A stretch of DNA of 64,000 nt from a bacterium (GCA_963675295.2 CAXXKJ010000002.1:896001-960000); one strand, 5' to 3'; positions 29,784 through 40,517 are shown, counted from the first letter of the stretch. Program-made: numbers and translations. The notes: generated by a model from the letters alone, not told the origin.

Positions 29784-29920
29784 CAGGGACACGTTGTCCT
29801 CAAAGTGTCCCTGATGAAGTGAAATGCCGGGGACACTTAACGGAGTAAGTGTCCCCGGTTCTGTTGTTCTTTTCCTATCTTTTCCTATCCTTTGCTTTCT
29901 CTTACTGTCCGTTCCTATCC
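29784..29920. repeat. Two GGGACAC...GTGTCCC palindromes followed by a 10-mer-periodic TTTCCTATCY tract
   Basis: Palindromes at 29784-29813 and 29827-29858; periodic tract at 29871-29920. Confidence 0.7.
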
Positions 29921-29921
29921 G

Positions 29922-32900
29922 TTACTTCAACAACACCAGCTTCTGCATCCGTGTCATCCCACCGGGCTGATTGACACGCAGGAAGTACATCCCGCTCGCC
30001 AGCCTGGAGGCGTCCACGGTCAACGTGTGCCGTCCCGGGCTGAACGGTTTATCGGCAAGAGTTATCACCTCACGCCCGAGGATGTCGAACACCTGCGCCT
30101 TGAGGTGTGTCCGTTGCGGCAGATCCACTTTGATGGTGGTGGTTGCATTGAAAGGGTTCGGGTAGGCCTGATGCAGCGTCCACTGGTCCGGGGTGGTGGC
30201 GGACGGTTCGTCGACACCCATGAATCCGTCGTTCAGACGTTGCGCCCACAGGCTGGCAGCGGATTCCGGTAAAACTTCATCCGCGTATTCCTGCCACCAG
30301 GTGTACGCTCCACCTTCGCCGTCGGAGCCAAGCGTGAGGTCGTTGGTCCAGCCTCGGGTTTCGATAATCGGCACCGGGCCGTCGATGTACTGCACGGGGA
30401 AGGTGCCCTGCTGGGTGATTCGCCGATAGACGAGAAAGCGGTCGTAATCGACGTGCTGGAACCAGGCCACGTACAGCGAATTGTCGGGCAGCACCATGGC
30501 GCCGTTTCGCTGCAGGTCAGCGTGAAAACCCGGATTGGAAAGCTCTGCGCCTGTCAACGGGAACAACTGCGGAACGCCGGAGAGGTCGAACTGCTGCGCG
30601 AACACACCGCTGAAATCATCCCGGGCGGTGTAGGCAAGCCAGAACAGGTTCTCGCCACATGGCTGCAACGCGAGATCGTCCGTTGTCGACCAATCGATCG
30701 GTAGATCGATCAACTCCTGCGGCACATCCCCCCACAGCAGGTCGCCGTCCGGATTGATCAATTGTCCGTGAATCGCACCTCTTGGATCGTCATTGCTCGA
30801 ATACGTCATGCACACGAGCAAGTTGCCGTCGAACACCATCGTTGACGGCCGCGAGTAGTCGTCAATAGCGATGGGAAGGTCTTCGTCCCACAGCAACTCA
30901 CCGTCTCCGGACAGTCGTTTCACGTAGTAGTCGCCTTGGCTCCAGCCCCTGATGGACAGGATCATCATGCTGCCATCGTCCAGCATTTCGACGGTCACGA
31001 AATCGTCGTCGTCGCTGCCGGCACCGAGGCTGAGCGGAATGAAATCAGCGTTGCCCTGCGACCACATCGGCTCGCCGTTCGCGTTGAACCGTTGCGCCCC
31101 GATATTCTGGCACCAGTCAGCGTTGTAGTATGTGAAGATGACAATGCAGCCGCCATCCGGCAGGCCGTAAAGGGCTTCGTTCGCATTCAAATAATACAGT
31201 GCGGGATCGAACAGGACTCCCTGATCGCCCCAAAGCAAATCTCCGTCCGGCGTCACTTTCTGCAGCACCACACCGTCGTATTCGTCGACACCGTACGTTG
31301 AGATCGTTGCGGATACAATCAGGTTGTCGTCGCCAGCGGCATCGATAAACACTTCGCCCAAGTAGGTAGTTAACGTGTCGTCGCCGACGAAGGGATAGCC
31401 GGGCAGCAGCGGAATTCCCCACTGTCCAAGGGTTTGTTCGCCGGTCAATGGATCGAGGGATTGCATCACCAGCATCCGTCCGAACGGATTGATGCGATAA
31501 TCCGACCAGGCCCAGTACGGAGTGGCATCAATCAACGCCAGCGAGGCTTCTGTGGCGGACCCCGATTCGCCGTCATTGAGCGTCAGCCCGTTGACCGGTG
31601 TTTCTAGAAGGTGGTTCACAACATCGAAAGAATGGAACCGGATTCGTGCGTGACCGTCTGAATGGTAATGCGAGAGTACGACACGGCCGGCATCGGATTG
31701 CGCCATGGCAATGGTATTGACGTAGCCATCAGGTTCAAGGTAGGTCGTCTCTGCGACGATGTCGCCGTTAACATCGACCTGTGTCAGAACCTGATCTTCG
31801 TGGTAGTCCCCTGTGATAATCACCGCGCCGCCGAAACCGTCCCCCAGGGCGTACAGGGTGTAGTCATAATCATCGCCGATGGTGACACCATTACCCCAGT
31901 ACGTTTCGAGGCTGGTCTCACCGCCGAAGCGTTGCGCGTTCAGGTGTTCCACCTGGTTTTCACTCCACAGGCAGATGGCGGAGTGGTCGTCGGACGGAAT
32001 CAGAGCAGACCAGATGACCAGATAGGCGTTTGGGTCCACCATCTGCCCGGAGGTATCGCCCCACGGCAGCGTACCATCGGCAGCCACACGTTGCGCAAAG
32101 ACCCCGTCGTTGTAGGAACCCCAGAGCAAGAAGGCTCCGCCCCAACCATCCGTGCACATGTTCAAGTCGCTCAGGGAATAGTCAACCGGTTCGCCAACGA
32201 CCGGCGCGGTAGGATAATCCCACAAGGTGCCGTCGCCGTAAACCCGCTGCACCTGGATGCTCATATCCTCCATGATCGGCCGATCGACCCAGGCCGCAAA
32301 CAGCCCGTCACCGTCATCCGCGACGAAGGCACACAGGTCCTCGGCATAGTCCAGCGGCTCAGCGTCCGGGCCGAGCATGTCGACACCGTAGTCGGTCCAC
32401 GCGAAGGAACCGTCGCTGAGGACATGCTGCGCGATCGGGATCGCGGTTGCTTCCCATTGATCGGAGAGGATGTAGACGACGTACGCGCCGCCGTTTCCGT
32501 CAGGCAGGAGCTGGATCTCATACTCGACGGAGGGGAAGTCGCCGCTGACGACGTGGACACCGTTCGCCGGCGGTTGTTCTTCGTCATGCCACAGCGGTTC
32601 GCCGTCATTGTTGTATTTCTGGATGAACAGGTCGAGGTTGTACTCCGGACTCCAGTCCAGTTCATCCTGATAAAAACGTCGGTCGAGCCACAGCATAATC
32701 CACCCGTCCTCAGCGTGAATCACCTGGACGGCGTCCTGGAAGTCGTACAGTTCGACGAGAGCAAGGCCATTGTCGGGCCACAACGGCTGTTGGTTCGCAT
32801 CAATCAGCTGGCCGCGGATGTCGCGGGTACCGGTGCTTTCGTCACCCCAGACAACGAGCGACACACCGGCATCGCTGACGGCGACCTTCGGCTCTTCGAA

Positions 32901-33023
32901 GCCGAGTTGACTCTGGTAGATCGGTGCGCCATTCGGCGTCGGCCAGACAAGGTCGGCGAATGCGGAAACGGTACAACAGGCAAGCAGCGTGGCAAGCAAA
33001 AGTAAACGCAAGCAGTTCATCAT
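29922..33023 (-). CDS. Large secreted propeller-repeat protein with T9SS C-terminal domain
   Basis: Signal peptide; DGxGGA blade repeats; YPNPFNAT...SGMYF...KLVLLK. Confidence 0.8.
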   Translation of the reverse strand: MMNCLRLLLLATLLACCTVSAFADLVWPTPNGAPIYQSQLGFEEPKVAVSDAGVSLVVWGDESTGTRDIRGQLIDANQQPLWPDNGLALVELYDFQDAVQVIHAEDGWIMLWLDRRFYQDELDWSPEYNLDLFIQKYNNDGEPLWHDEEQPPANGVHVVSGDFPSVEYEIQLLPDGNGGAYVVYILSDQWEATAIPIAQHVLSDGSFAWTDYGVDMLGPDAEPLDYAEDLCAFVADDGDGLFAAWVDRPIMEDMSIQVQRVYGDGTLWDYPTAPVVGEPVDYSLSDLNMCTDGWGGAFLLWGSYNDGVFAQRVAADGTLPWGDTSGQMVDPNAYLVIWSALIPSDDHSAICLWSENQVEHLNAQRFGGETSLETYWGNGVTIGDDYDYTLYALGDGFGGAVIITGDYHEDQVLTQVDVNGDIVAETTYLEPDGYVNTIAMAQSDAGRVVLSHYHSDGHARIRFHSFDVVNHLLETPVNGLTLNDGESGSATEASLALIDATPYWAWSDYRINPFGRMLVMQSLDPLTGEQTLGQWGIPLLPGYPFVGDDTLTTYLGEVFIDAAGDDNLIVSATISTYGVDEYDGVVLQKVTPDGDLLWGDQGVLFDPALYYLNANEALYGLPDGGCIVIFTYYNADWCQNIGAQRFNANGEPMWSQGNADFIPLSLGAGSDDDDFVTVEMLDDGSMMILSIRGWSQGDYYVKRLSGDGELLWDEDLPIAIDDYSRPSTMVFDGNLLVCMTYSSNDDPRGAIHGQLINPDGDLLWGDVPQELIDLPIDWSTTDDLALQPCGENLFWLAYTARDDFSGVFAQQFDLSGVPQLFPLTGAELSNPGFHADLQRNGAMVLPDNSLYVAWFQHVDYDRFLVYRRITQQGTFPVQYIDGPVPIIETRGWTNDLTLGSDGEGGAYTWWQEYADEVLPESAASLWAQRLNDGFMGVDEPSATTPDQWTLHQAYPNPFNATTTIKVDLPQRTHLKAQVFDILGREVITLADKPFSPGRHTLTVDASRLASGMYFLRVNQPGGMTRMQKLVLLK

Positions 33024-33213
33024 CGCCCCCCAATCAATCGTTAGCAAGTGCGGGTGGTATGTCGTCCCCGGAAATGTGGGAATGCCCGGGCTGGATCTGG
33101 CGTATGATTGAGTAGTATCAATCTGGAAACTAACAATTCGAAACACCGAAAGTCACGGTTATCGTGCAGGAATGTGAAAAAATGTAACCAGGACTCCGCT
33201 TGCCTCCACAAAC

Positions 33214-33247
33214 AAAACCGCAAGCCCGGGACTGCAGGCTTGCGGTT
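33214..33247 (-). terminator. Intrinsic terminator between the tandem T9SS paralogs
   Basis: AACCGCAAGCC...GGCTTGCGGTT stem with a minus-strand T-tract. Confidence 0.6.
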
Positions 33248-33371
33248 GACAGCATGTTGCGAAGGAGGATGGCGATACCGCTGTTCCTGTGTCTGTGGCC
33301 TGTTCTACGTCTGTCACGAATTGCTGTAAGCCTCAGCCAGAGATACGACGGTTACTACCGCCCGTAATGTT

Positions 33372-33413
33372 TCTCACATCTCACATCACCAGTCACAAGA
33401 CTCAAGTCTCAGG
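33372..33413. repeat. Degenerate heptamer array (TCTCACA-like)
   Basis: Six 7-bp units abutting the stop codon at 33421. Confidence 0.55.
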
Positions 33414-33420
33414 ACTGCTT

Positions 33421-36400
33421 TTACTTGAGCAGTACCAGCTTCTGCATCCGTATCGCACCGCCAGGCTGATTCACGCGCAAGAAGTACATTCCGCTGGCGA
33501 GGGCGGACGCGTCCACGGTCAGCGTGTGCCGTCCCGCGCTGAAGGGTTGGTCGGCGAGCGTCATCACCTCACGGCCAAGAATGTCGAACACCTGGGCCTT
33601 CAAGTGTGTCCGTTGCGGCAGGCTGACGTGGATCGACGTGGTCGCGTTGAACGGGTTCGGATACGGGGCAGACAGGGTCCACTGATCAGGCGTCTGGGTG
33701 GAACCGGGTTCGTCTATACCCATGAAACCGTCGTTGAGGCGTTGCGCCATCAGATTTCGGTACCGGGAATGAATGATCTCTTCACCGCCGGTTTCCCAGA
33801 AGACATACGCGCCACCGTCGGTATCTGAGCAGGTCAGCGGTTCGGAGAGATAGTAGGAACCACTGTGGAGTACCTTCGGGCCGTCGATGTACTGCACCGG
33901 GAATGTCCCGTCCGGCTTGATTCGCCGGTACTGAAGTTCCGTGTCAGGCAGATTTCTGGATTCCCAGACAACGTACAGTGAATTGTCCGGAAGGACGATG
34001 ATATCGGTTTCTTCAAGGTCACTGTTCCAGCCAGCCAGGCTCAGTGCCGGTCCTTCAGCAGGCAGCAGTTGAACCTCGCCGGATGAGTTGACACGTTGCA
34101 CGTGAACCAGCTCTTCCGCGCCGTAGTCAATGATGTAGGCCAACCACAGGTGATCATCGACGGTGGAAGCGACAGCTATATCACGAATAACGTCGGCCTC
34201 AATCAGCTGTAACGGTTCGTCGCCCCACAGCAGATCTCCTTCCGGCGTGATCACTTGCGCATCAATGGTATGGTACTGCGCTCCGTTCGAATTACGAATT
34301 GCGACCGCCACATTGTCGCCGAACGGTGCGGTTTCTATCCGTCTGCCATGATCCGGCGAAATGACGACCGCTTGATCCCAGTACAACGTTCCGTCTCTGC
34401 CGGCACGGTAGCATTCGAAGACATCTTCCGATGTGGAAACATAGGGGAGAAGCGACCCATCGCTGAACTCTTCCAGGCCCAACAAATAGTTGTCATTGTT
34501 CTCATCAGGAGCATTGATCGGGATGAAGTTGAGGTCACCTTGCGACCAGAGGGGTTCGCCCTCAGCGGTAAACCGCTGCATCCCGAGTCGCCGGTAAAAT
34601 TCACTGTTGACGTAATTGAAAAACAGAATCACTCCACCATCATCCGTGGCGGTCAGAGCGAATTTATTATCGCTAAAATACGGGCTTTCTACTTCGAACT
34701 GAATGCCGGTATCACCCCACAGCGGATCACCCGTAATCGTGGTTTTCTGCAGGTAATACTGTGGTGACCAGTTCGCGAGATCGATAACATGCACCGTCGT
34801 GATCACGGCATTGTCACTGGATGCCACACTGTGCAATTCTTCGAAAACGTATGGTTCCGGATCTGTGTTGGATGGCAGCCCCGGGAACAGGCTGACACCA
34901 TACTCGTCGAGGAGAGGCTCTCCGGACACCCGGTCAAGCGTCTGCATGACGGGGCTCTCATGGTAGGGAGATATGCGGGTGTCGAGCCAGGTGAAGCAGG
35001 GGGTCCCGTCCACAACGAAAACCTGCTGTTCTTTGAAGTAACTGCCTACGCCGGTAGTCAGATCCAGGCCTTCCACCGGGTAATACAGATCGTGGTTCTG
35101 CAGATCGTAGGATTGGAATCGTATCGATATGTGGCCGTCTGAACGGTAATCACTGACAGAAACCCGGTCACTCCCGGCAGGTGCGATGACAAGGTTCGTC
35201 ATTTGCACGGGTTCTTCGCAGATGAGGTGATCGGCTGCAATCGTACCGTTTTCTTCGACGTGAATCAATCGGCCGATCTGACCGCCGCCGTACAAATAGA
35301 CAACAGACCCGCCGTTCCCATCCACGCACGCATCTCTCGGTTCCAGGTAGTAGGACTGGGACAACACAATGCCGGCATCGCCCCAGTGCCGAATCAGCCC
35401 GGTTTCACCGCCAAACCGTTGAGCTCTGGGAAACAGGTCATTTTCTTGCAGGAAGTAGAGGATCGCGGTGTTGCCGGCAGCGGGAACCAATATCGGCTTG
35501 AACGCATGGACTGCAACAATCATCTCGCCTGTGTTGTTCCACGGCAGGGTTCCGTCAGCCGCAACTCGTTGGACATACACGTTTTCATCCTGTGTCCAGG
35601 CGACAAATGCCCCTCCAGCTCCATCCGTACACACATCAATCCGGTAGCAGTAGGCATCCTCATCGCTGATGAGCGGAGCCTCATCGTAAGTCCACAGGCT
35701 GCCATCCTCGTGGACACGTTGTGCGCGCACCTCGGTCTCAGTAGGGCTGGGTCGCGAAATCCAGGTAGCGATAAGGCCGTCACCGTCATCCGCGAGGAAC
35801 GCATCGATCTCCTCGATGAGCATCGGTTGCGGCTGCTCCGGACCGAGCAGGTTGACGCCGTAGTCGATCCAGCCGAATGAGCCGTCGCTCAGTACATGCT
35901 GCGCAATGGGGTCGGCGATTTCGAGGTCTTCGTCGATCAACGCGTACACGACATACGCGCCGCCGTTTTCGTCAGATACCAGTTGGATCGCGTAATCCTC
36001 GCCGGGGAAATTGCCATCCACGACAAAGACACCGTTCGCCGGCGGCTGCTCTTCGTCATGCCACTGCGGCTCACCGTTGTCGTTGAATTTCTGGATGTAC
36101 AGCTTGAGGATGCGTTCCGGCCTCCAGTCCACTCCGTCCGGGATGCGCTGATCCAGCCAGGCGACAATCCAGCCGTCGTCGCTGTGAACAACCGTGATTG
36201 GATTTTGAAATTCCGGCAAGTCGACCAGTGGCCGCCCATTCTCCTGCCAGACAGGTTGCTGATTCGGATCCATCAGCTGGCCGTAGATGTTCCGTTCCCC
36301 ATCCCGGTTATCACCCCAGACCACCAGACTGTAATCGTTATCCGCGCCCGCGATGCGGGTCAAGGGATCGGTCAGCTGCGGCTGGTAGACAACTTCGCCG

Positions 36401-36492
36401 TTTTCAGCCGGCCATACCGTATCGGCATTTGCAAAACCAGCAGTGAACAGGAGAACCAGCAGGAAGGAAAACATGCGTACAGATTTCATCAT
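33421..36492 (-). CDS. Large secreted propeller-repeat protein with T9SS C-terminal domain, tandem paralog
   Basis: Collinear with the 29922-33023 product (shared WHDEEQPPANGV, GTFPVQYIDGP, near-identical CTD). Confidence 0.8.
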   Translation of the reverse strand: MMKSVRMFSFLLVLLFTAGFANADTVWPAENGEVVYQPQLTDPLTRIAGADNDYSLVVWGDNRDGERNIYGQLMDPNQQPVWQENGRPLVDLPEFQNPITVVHSDDGWIVAWLDQRIPDGVDWRPERILKLYIQKFNDNGEPQWHDEEQPPANGVFVVDGNFPGEDYAIQLVSDENGGAYVVYALIDEDLEIADPIAQHVLSDGSFGWIDYGVNLLGPEQPQPMLIEEIDAFLADDGDGLIATWISRPSPTETEVRAQRVHEDGSLWTYDEAPLISDEDAYCYRIDVCTDGAGGAFVAWTQDENVYVQRVAADGTLPWNNTGEMIVAVHAFKPILVPAAGNTAILYFLQENDLFPRAQRFGGETGLIRHWGDAGIVLSQSYYLEPRDACVDGNGGSVVYLYGGGQIGRLIHVEENGTIAADHLICEEPVQMTNLVIAPAGSDRVSVSDYRSDGHISIRFQSYDLQNHDLYYPVEGLDLTTGVGSYFKEQQVFVVDGTPCFTWLDTRISPYHESPVMQTLDRVSGEPLLDEYGVSLFPGLPSNTDPEPYVFEELHSVASSDNAVITTVHVIDLANWSPQYYLQKTTITGDPLWGDTGIQFEVESPYFSDNKFALTATDDGGVILFFNYVNSEFYRRLGMQRFTAEGEPLWSQGDLNFIPINAPDENNDNYLLGLEEFSDGSLLPYVSTSEDVFECYRAGRDGTLYWDQAVVISPDHGRRIETAPFGDNVAVAIRNSNGAQYHTIDAQVITPEGDLLWGDEPLQLIEADVIRDIAVASTVDDHLWLAYIIDYGAEELVHVQRVNSSGEVQLLPAEGPALSLAGWNSDLEETDIIVLPDNSLYVVWESRNLPDTELQYRRIKPDGTFPVQYIDGPKVLHSGSYYLSEPLTCSDTDGGAYVFWETGGEEIIHSRYRNLMAQRLNDGFMGIDEPGSTQTPDQWTLSAPYPNPFNATTSIHVSLPQRTHLKAQVFDILGREVMTLADQPFSAGRHTLTVDASALASGMYFLRVNQPGGAIRMQKLVLLK

Positions 36493-36780
36493 CGCCCCCG
36501 AATCAAAGGTTGAACCGTGCAAACGTATATCAGTTTCAGACAGGAATACCTACGTGTAAATCAAACACATGATTGCTGGATTGTAAGCTACTACAATCAC
36601 AGTGCGAAGTACAGTATTATTGGACAACCATGTGAATTTTTGTGCTACTGGCTCGGAGCACCCTCTGGAAACAAAAGCACCGCACACTCGACGGATCGAA
36701 CCTGCGGTGTAATCGTAAAACACCCGCACCGGAATCCGATGCGGGCGTGAAGAATCAATCAGGGTAACTGATCGGCAACT

Positions 36781-37983
36781 TTAGCCGCGGAGTTCCTCGA
36801 GGCCGTCCTTGAGGCGTTGCAGGCCGGTCTGCAGGTCCTTGTCGGAGGCGGCGAAGCTGATGCGGATGAAGCCTTCCGCGCCGAACGCCGCGCCCGGAAC
36901 CAGCGCCATGTGCTTCTCTTCCAGCAGCCACTGGCAGAGGTCGATGTCGTTCTCGATTTTGTGGCCGTTGACCGTCTTTCCGAGGAACGCGGACACGTCC
37001 GGGAAGGCGTAAAACGCGCCATCCGGGGTCGGGCAGTGCACGCCATCGATCTGGTTCAGTGCGTCGACAACCATCTCGCGCCGTTTCGAAAACGCGTCGA
37101 TCATGGTGCGCATGGTGGCGTCTTCGCCGTTGCGCATCGCTTCCGCGGCGGCCTTCTGGCTGATGGAGCAGCAGGAGGATGTCATCTGCGACTGCAGCTT
37201 GGTGACGGCCTTCACAAGTTCCGGCGCGGCGGCGAGATAGCCGATCCGCCAGCCGGTCATCGCGAATGCTTTCGAAACGCCGTTGATCAGCACGGTTTTT
37301 TCGAACAGCCCATCCACCTGCGCGAAACTGAGATGCGACTCGCCGTCGTAGCGCAGCTTCTCGTAGATCTCATCGCTGATCACCCAGATGTCATGCTCGG
37401 CCAGCACCGCGCCGATTTCACGAATTTCGTCCGGCGTGTACGCCGCGCCGGTAGGGTTGCTCGGGTTGTTGACGATGATCGCCTTGGTTTTTGGCGTGAT
37501 CAGGCGGCGCAGCTCATCCAGATCGGGCCGGAAGTTGTTCTCACCCTTGCAGTGATACGGAACCGGCTCACCCTCGGCGATGCGGATCATCTCCGGGTAG
37601 CTGAGCCAGCCGGGGACGGGGTAGAGGACTTCGTCGCCCGGGTTGACGGCGGCGAGCAGGCTGCCGGTGAGCGCGTGCTTCGCGCCGGAGGTGACAACAA
37701 TCTGCGACGGATCGTACGTCAGCTGATTGTCGTTCTTCAGCTTGGTGACGATCGCCTCCCGCAGCTCGAGGATACCCTGGGCGGCGGTGTAGCGCGTAAA
37801 ATTGTTCTCGATGGCGGCCTGGCCGGCGGCCTTGATCGGGTCCGGCGTCGGGAAATCGGGTTCTCCGACGGACAGGTTAATCACGTCCACGCCTTCCGCA
37901 CGCATGCGGTTGGCGGTGGCGGTGATGACCAGGGTCTTCGACTCAGACAGGCATTTTGTCCGGTTCGCGAGGGCACGGCTCAT
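36781..37983 (-). CDS. aspC: PLP-dependent class I/II aminotransferase (aspartate aminotransferase)
   Basis: GEPDF, NNPSNPTG, SDEIY and SKAFAMTGWRIGY motifs. Confidence 0.9.
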   Translation of the reverse strand: MSRALANRTKCLSESKTLVITATANRMRAEGVDVINLSVGEPDFPTPDPIKAAGQAAIENNFTRYTAAQGILELREAIVTKLKNDNQLTYDPSQIVVTSGAKHALTGSLLAAVNPGDEVLYPVPGWLSYPEMIRIAEGEPVPYHCKGENNFRPDLDELRRLITPKTKAIIVNNPSNPTGAAYTPDEIREIGAVLAEHDIWVISDEIYEKLRYDGESHLSFAQVDGLFEKTVLINGVSKAFAMTGWRIGYLAAAPELVKAVTKLQSQMTSSCCSISQKAAAEAMRNGEDATMRTMIDAFSKRREMVVDALNQIDGVHCPTPDGAFYAFPDVSAFLGKTVNGHKIENDIDLCQWLLEEKHMALVPGAAFGAEGFIRISFAASDKDLQTGLQRLKDGLEELRG

Positions 37984-37985
37984 GA

Positions 37986-38975
37986 TTACTCCTGACTAGA
38001 AGCGACGACGCTGGAGATAGCGCTCAGTTTGACGATGTCGTCCGCGCTGCATCCGCGGCTGAGATCATAAAATGGTTTCGCGAGACCCTGCACGACCGGT
38101 CCGATCGCCTGGGCGTTGGCGAGACGCTGGGTCAGCTTGTAGCCGATGTTACCGGCGTTGAGATCCGGGAACACGAGCACGTTCGCATGGCCGGCGACCT
38201 TGCTGCCCGGGGCCTTCTTGCTGCCGACGGATTCGAGGATTGCGGCGTCCAGCTGCATCTCGCCGTCAATGGCGACACCCGGTGCGGCTGCCTGCGCAAG
38301 CTTCGTGGCTTCGATCACCTTGTCGGCGGCCGGGTGGGACGCGCTGCCCTTGGTCGAGAAGGAGAGCATCGCGACAATCGGGGTGGTGTCGGTCAGCGCC
38401 TTGTGCGTGGCAGCGGATGCAACGGCGATGGACGCGAGCTGCTGGGCGTCTGGATCGGGCACGATGGCGCAGTCGCCGAAGCTGAACACGCGGCCGTCCG
38501 GGATGACCATCATGAAGATGGACGAGACGATGTTGATGCCGGGTGCCATGCCGATGGCCTGGATCGCCGCACGCATCACGTCGCCGGTGGTGTGGGCCGC
38601 GCCGGTGACGCCGCCGTCCGCGTCGCCCATGCGCACCATCATCGCGCCGTAGTACAGCACGTCCTTCATGATTTCGCGCGCCTGTTCGAGGGTCATGCCC
38701 TTGTGCGCGCGGATTTTGGCGAACTCTTCCGCGTAGGCTTCACGCTTTTCCGACGATTCCGGGCAGATCATGGTGATGCCGGCGACATTGTTCACGCCGG
38801 CGTCCTTCATTGCCTGTTCGCAGTCGCCGTCGGTTCCGAGAATGATCGGAACAGCAATCGCTTCGTCCGCAATCGTGCGGGCGGCAGTCCATGTACGAGG
38901 GTCGTTGCCCTCGGGCAGAACGATGGTCCGGGGGGTTTGCTTGGCTCGTTCAATGATGCGCTGGATCGGGTCCAT
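37986..38975 (-). CDS. pta: Phosphate acetyltransferase
   Basis: IVLPEG, AMLSFSTKGS, DGEMQLDAA, FPDLNAGNIGYK and DLSRGC motifs. Confidence 0.95.
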   Translation of the reverse strand: MDPIQRIIERAKQTPRTIVLPEGNDPRTWTAARTIADEAIAVPIILGTDGDCEQAMKDAGVNNVAGITMICPESSEKREAYAEEFAKIRAHKGMTLEQAREIMKDVLYYGAMMVRMGDADGGVTGAAHTTGDVMRAAIQAIGMAPGINIVSSIFMMVIPDGRVFSFGDCAIVPDPDAQQLASIAVASAATHKALTDTTPIVAMLSFSTKGSASHPAADKVIEATKLAQAAAPGVAIDGEMQLDAAILESVGSKKAPGSKVAGHANVLVFPDLNAGNIGYKLTQRLANAQAIGPVVQGLAKPFYDLSRGCSADDIVKLSAISSVVASSQE

Positions 38976-38982
38976 CGTAACG

Positions 38983-39492
38983 TCACTCCACTTCAGGGTT
39001 GTTGTATTTCGCGATAAGCCGGCGTTCCACACCCGCCGGGACAAAGCGTTTGATGTCGCCACCATGCCGAGCGACGTTCTTGATGATCGACGAGCTGAGG
39101 TAGGTGTACTCGTCCTTCGGCATCAGGTAGACGGTGTGCAGATGGCTGTTCAGGTGCCGGTTCATCAGCGCCATCTGGAACTCGTACTCGAAGTCCGAGA
39201 CGGCTCGCAGGCCACGGATCAGTGCGATCGCGCCCAGTTCCCGGGCGTAATCGACGATCAGCCCATCAAACGTTTCCACCTTGACCTGGCCGTTCAGCCC
39301 CTTCTCCTGCAACGCTTCCTTGATCATCTCGAGCCGCTCGGCAGCCGGGAACATCGGTGCCTTGGCGGGGTTGGCCGCGATGCAGATCACGATCCTGTCG
39401 AACAGGTCGATACCACGGCGCAGAATGTCGAGGTGGCCGTTGGTAATCGGGTCGAAGGTACCCGGATAGACGACAATCTTCTCAGAATTCAT
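38983..39492 (-). CDS. coaD: Pantetheine-phosphate adenylyltransferase
   Basis: YPGTFDPITNGH and RGLRAVSDFEYEFQMALMN. Confidence 0.97.
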   Translation of the reverse strand: MNSEKIVVYPGTFDPITNGHLDILRRGIDLFDRIVICIAANPAKAPMFPAAERLEMIKEALQEKGLNGQVKVETFDGLIVDYARELGAIALIRGLRAVSDFEYEFQMALMNRHLNSHLHTVYLMPKDEYTYLSSSIIKNVARHGGDIKRFVPAGVERRLIAKYNNPEVE

Positions 39493-39548
39493 CGGACGCC
39501 TGTGTTGCCGGAGAAAGACTCATCCCGGCCCACATCAGCCGGAGCGGA

Positions 39549-39577
39549 AATATAGCCGGAGTATGGCGTTTGGACAA
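39549..39577 (-). promoter_or_regulatory. Sigma70-type promoter TTGTCC-N17-TATATT for coaD-pta-aspC
   Basis: 17-bp spacer, about 55 bp upstream of coaD. Confidence 0.5.
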
Positions 39578-39950
39578 GCCTCTGCGTGAACCGTTTCACA
39601 ACGTTTGCACAGCCGGGCAAGAAGCTGCCTATAAAATCCTAAATACTTAGTATCCTGGTGATGGTAAACGCTTGTAACCAGCATAGGGGACATGTGCTGG
39701 ACCTCGAAGTACCGCCGAAAGAAGGGGGTCCGGCGGGAGAATTCTTAGCTCTAACTAAACTCATATCAGCAGGTTAGCCGCGAGTGCAACCGAAGCCAGT
39801 GACGACGCGTGTAACAAGGGAGAGAGCAGGAGAGACGGGGGTTCTCATTCGGCGAAACTTGATATTGCAGTTTGCAGTATAAGAGTTAGATTTACCTAAG
39901 AGTCACGCCGGTACGTCTCAAGTACCCTGGCACTGAACACGGAGGTAGTG

Positions 39951-40517
39951 ATGCAACCAGACATCATGCTTCCAGACGAGCACAACGAGCTGTGGGGGCG
40001 CTTGTGGCGGCGAATGGTCTTTCTGATTGTGTGTGGATTGGCTTTTTCCCCGTTGCTGGTATCCTGCATGGTGAGTGCTCCGCTGGCACAAGACAACACG
40101 GGACCGAAACCGATGCCTGAACGCAAGGCCGCCGAGGAATTCAAGGACCAGCTGACGCCGGAGCAGTATTATGTCTGCTTCGAAGAAGGCACGGAACGCG
40201 CATTCACCGGCAAGTACTGGGACACGAAGACTCCGGGCACGTATCACTGTGTCGCGTGTGGCGCGGAACTGTTCCGCTCGGATGACAAGTACGACAGCGG
40301 TAGCGGCTGGCCGAGTTTCACGCAGCCGTCGGTGAACGACAACGTCGGCTACTCCGAGGACAAAACGTTGTTCATGGTCCGCACTGAGGTGCACTGTTCG
40401 AACTGTGAGGCACACCTGGGCCATGTCTTCGACGACGGTCCGGCCCCGACGGGCAAACGCTACTGCGTCAACTCCGCGGCGCTGAATCTGGTCCCGGATG
40501 AAGGCACGGATGAGTAG
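39951..40517 (+). CDS. msrB: Peptide-methionine (R)-S-oxide reductase with an N-terminal export signal (start uncertain)
   Basis: GTERAF, CVAC, SGSGWPSF, CSNC, HLGHVFDDGP and RYCVNS; SD GGAGG. Confidence 0.93.
   Translation: MQPDIMLPDEHNELWGRLWRRMVFLIVCGLAFSPLLVSCMVSAPLAQDNTGPKPMPERKAAEEFKDQLTPEQYYVCFEEGTERAFTGKYWDTKTPGTYHCVACGAELFRSDDKYDSGSGWPSFTQPSVNDNVGYSEDKTLFMVRTEVHCSNCEAHLGHVFDDGPAPTGKRYCVNSAALNLVPDEGTDE

Noticed and set aside
29922-33740. DGR template/variable repeat pair in the similar 3' ends
   Set aside because: Differences are mostly synonymous and not adenine-specific, both copies are coding, and no reverse transcriptase is present.
40455-40475. Selenocysteine MsrB or other recoding
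   Set aside because: The catalytic codon is TGC (Cys); no in-frame TGA/TAG readthrough was needed for any gene.
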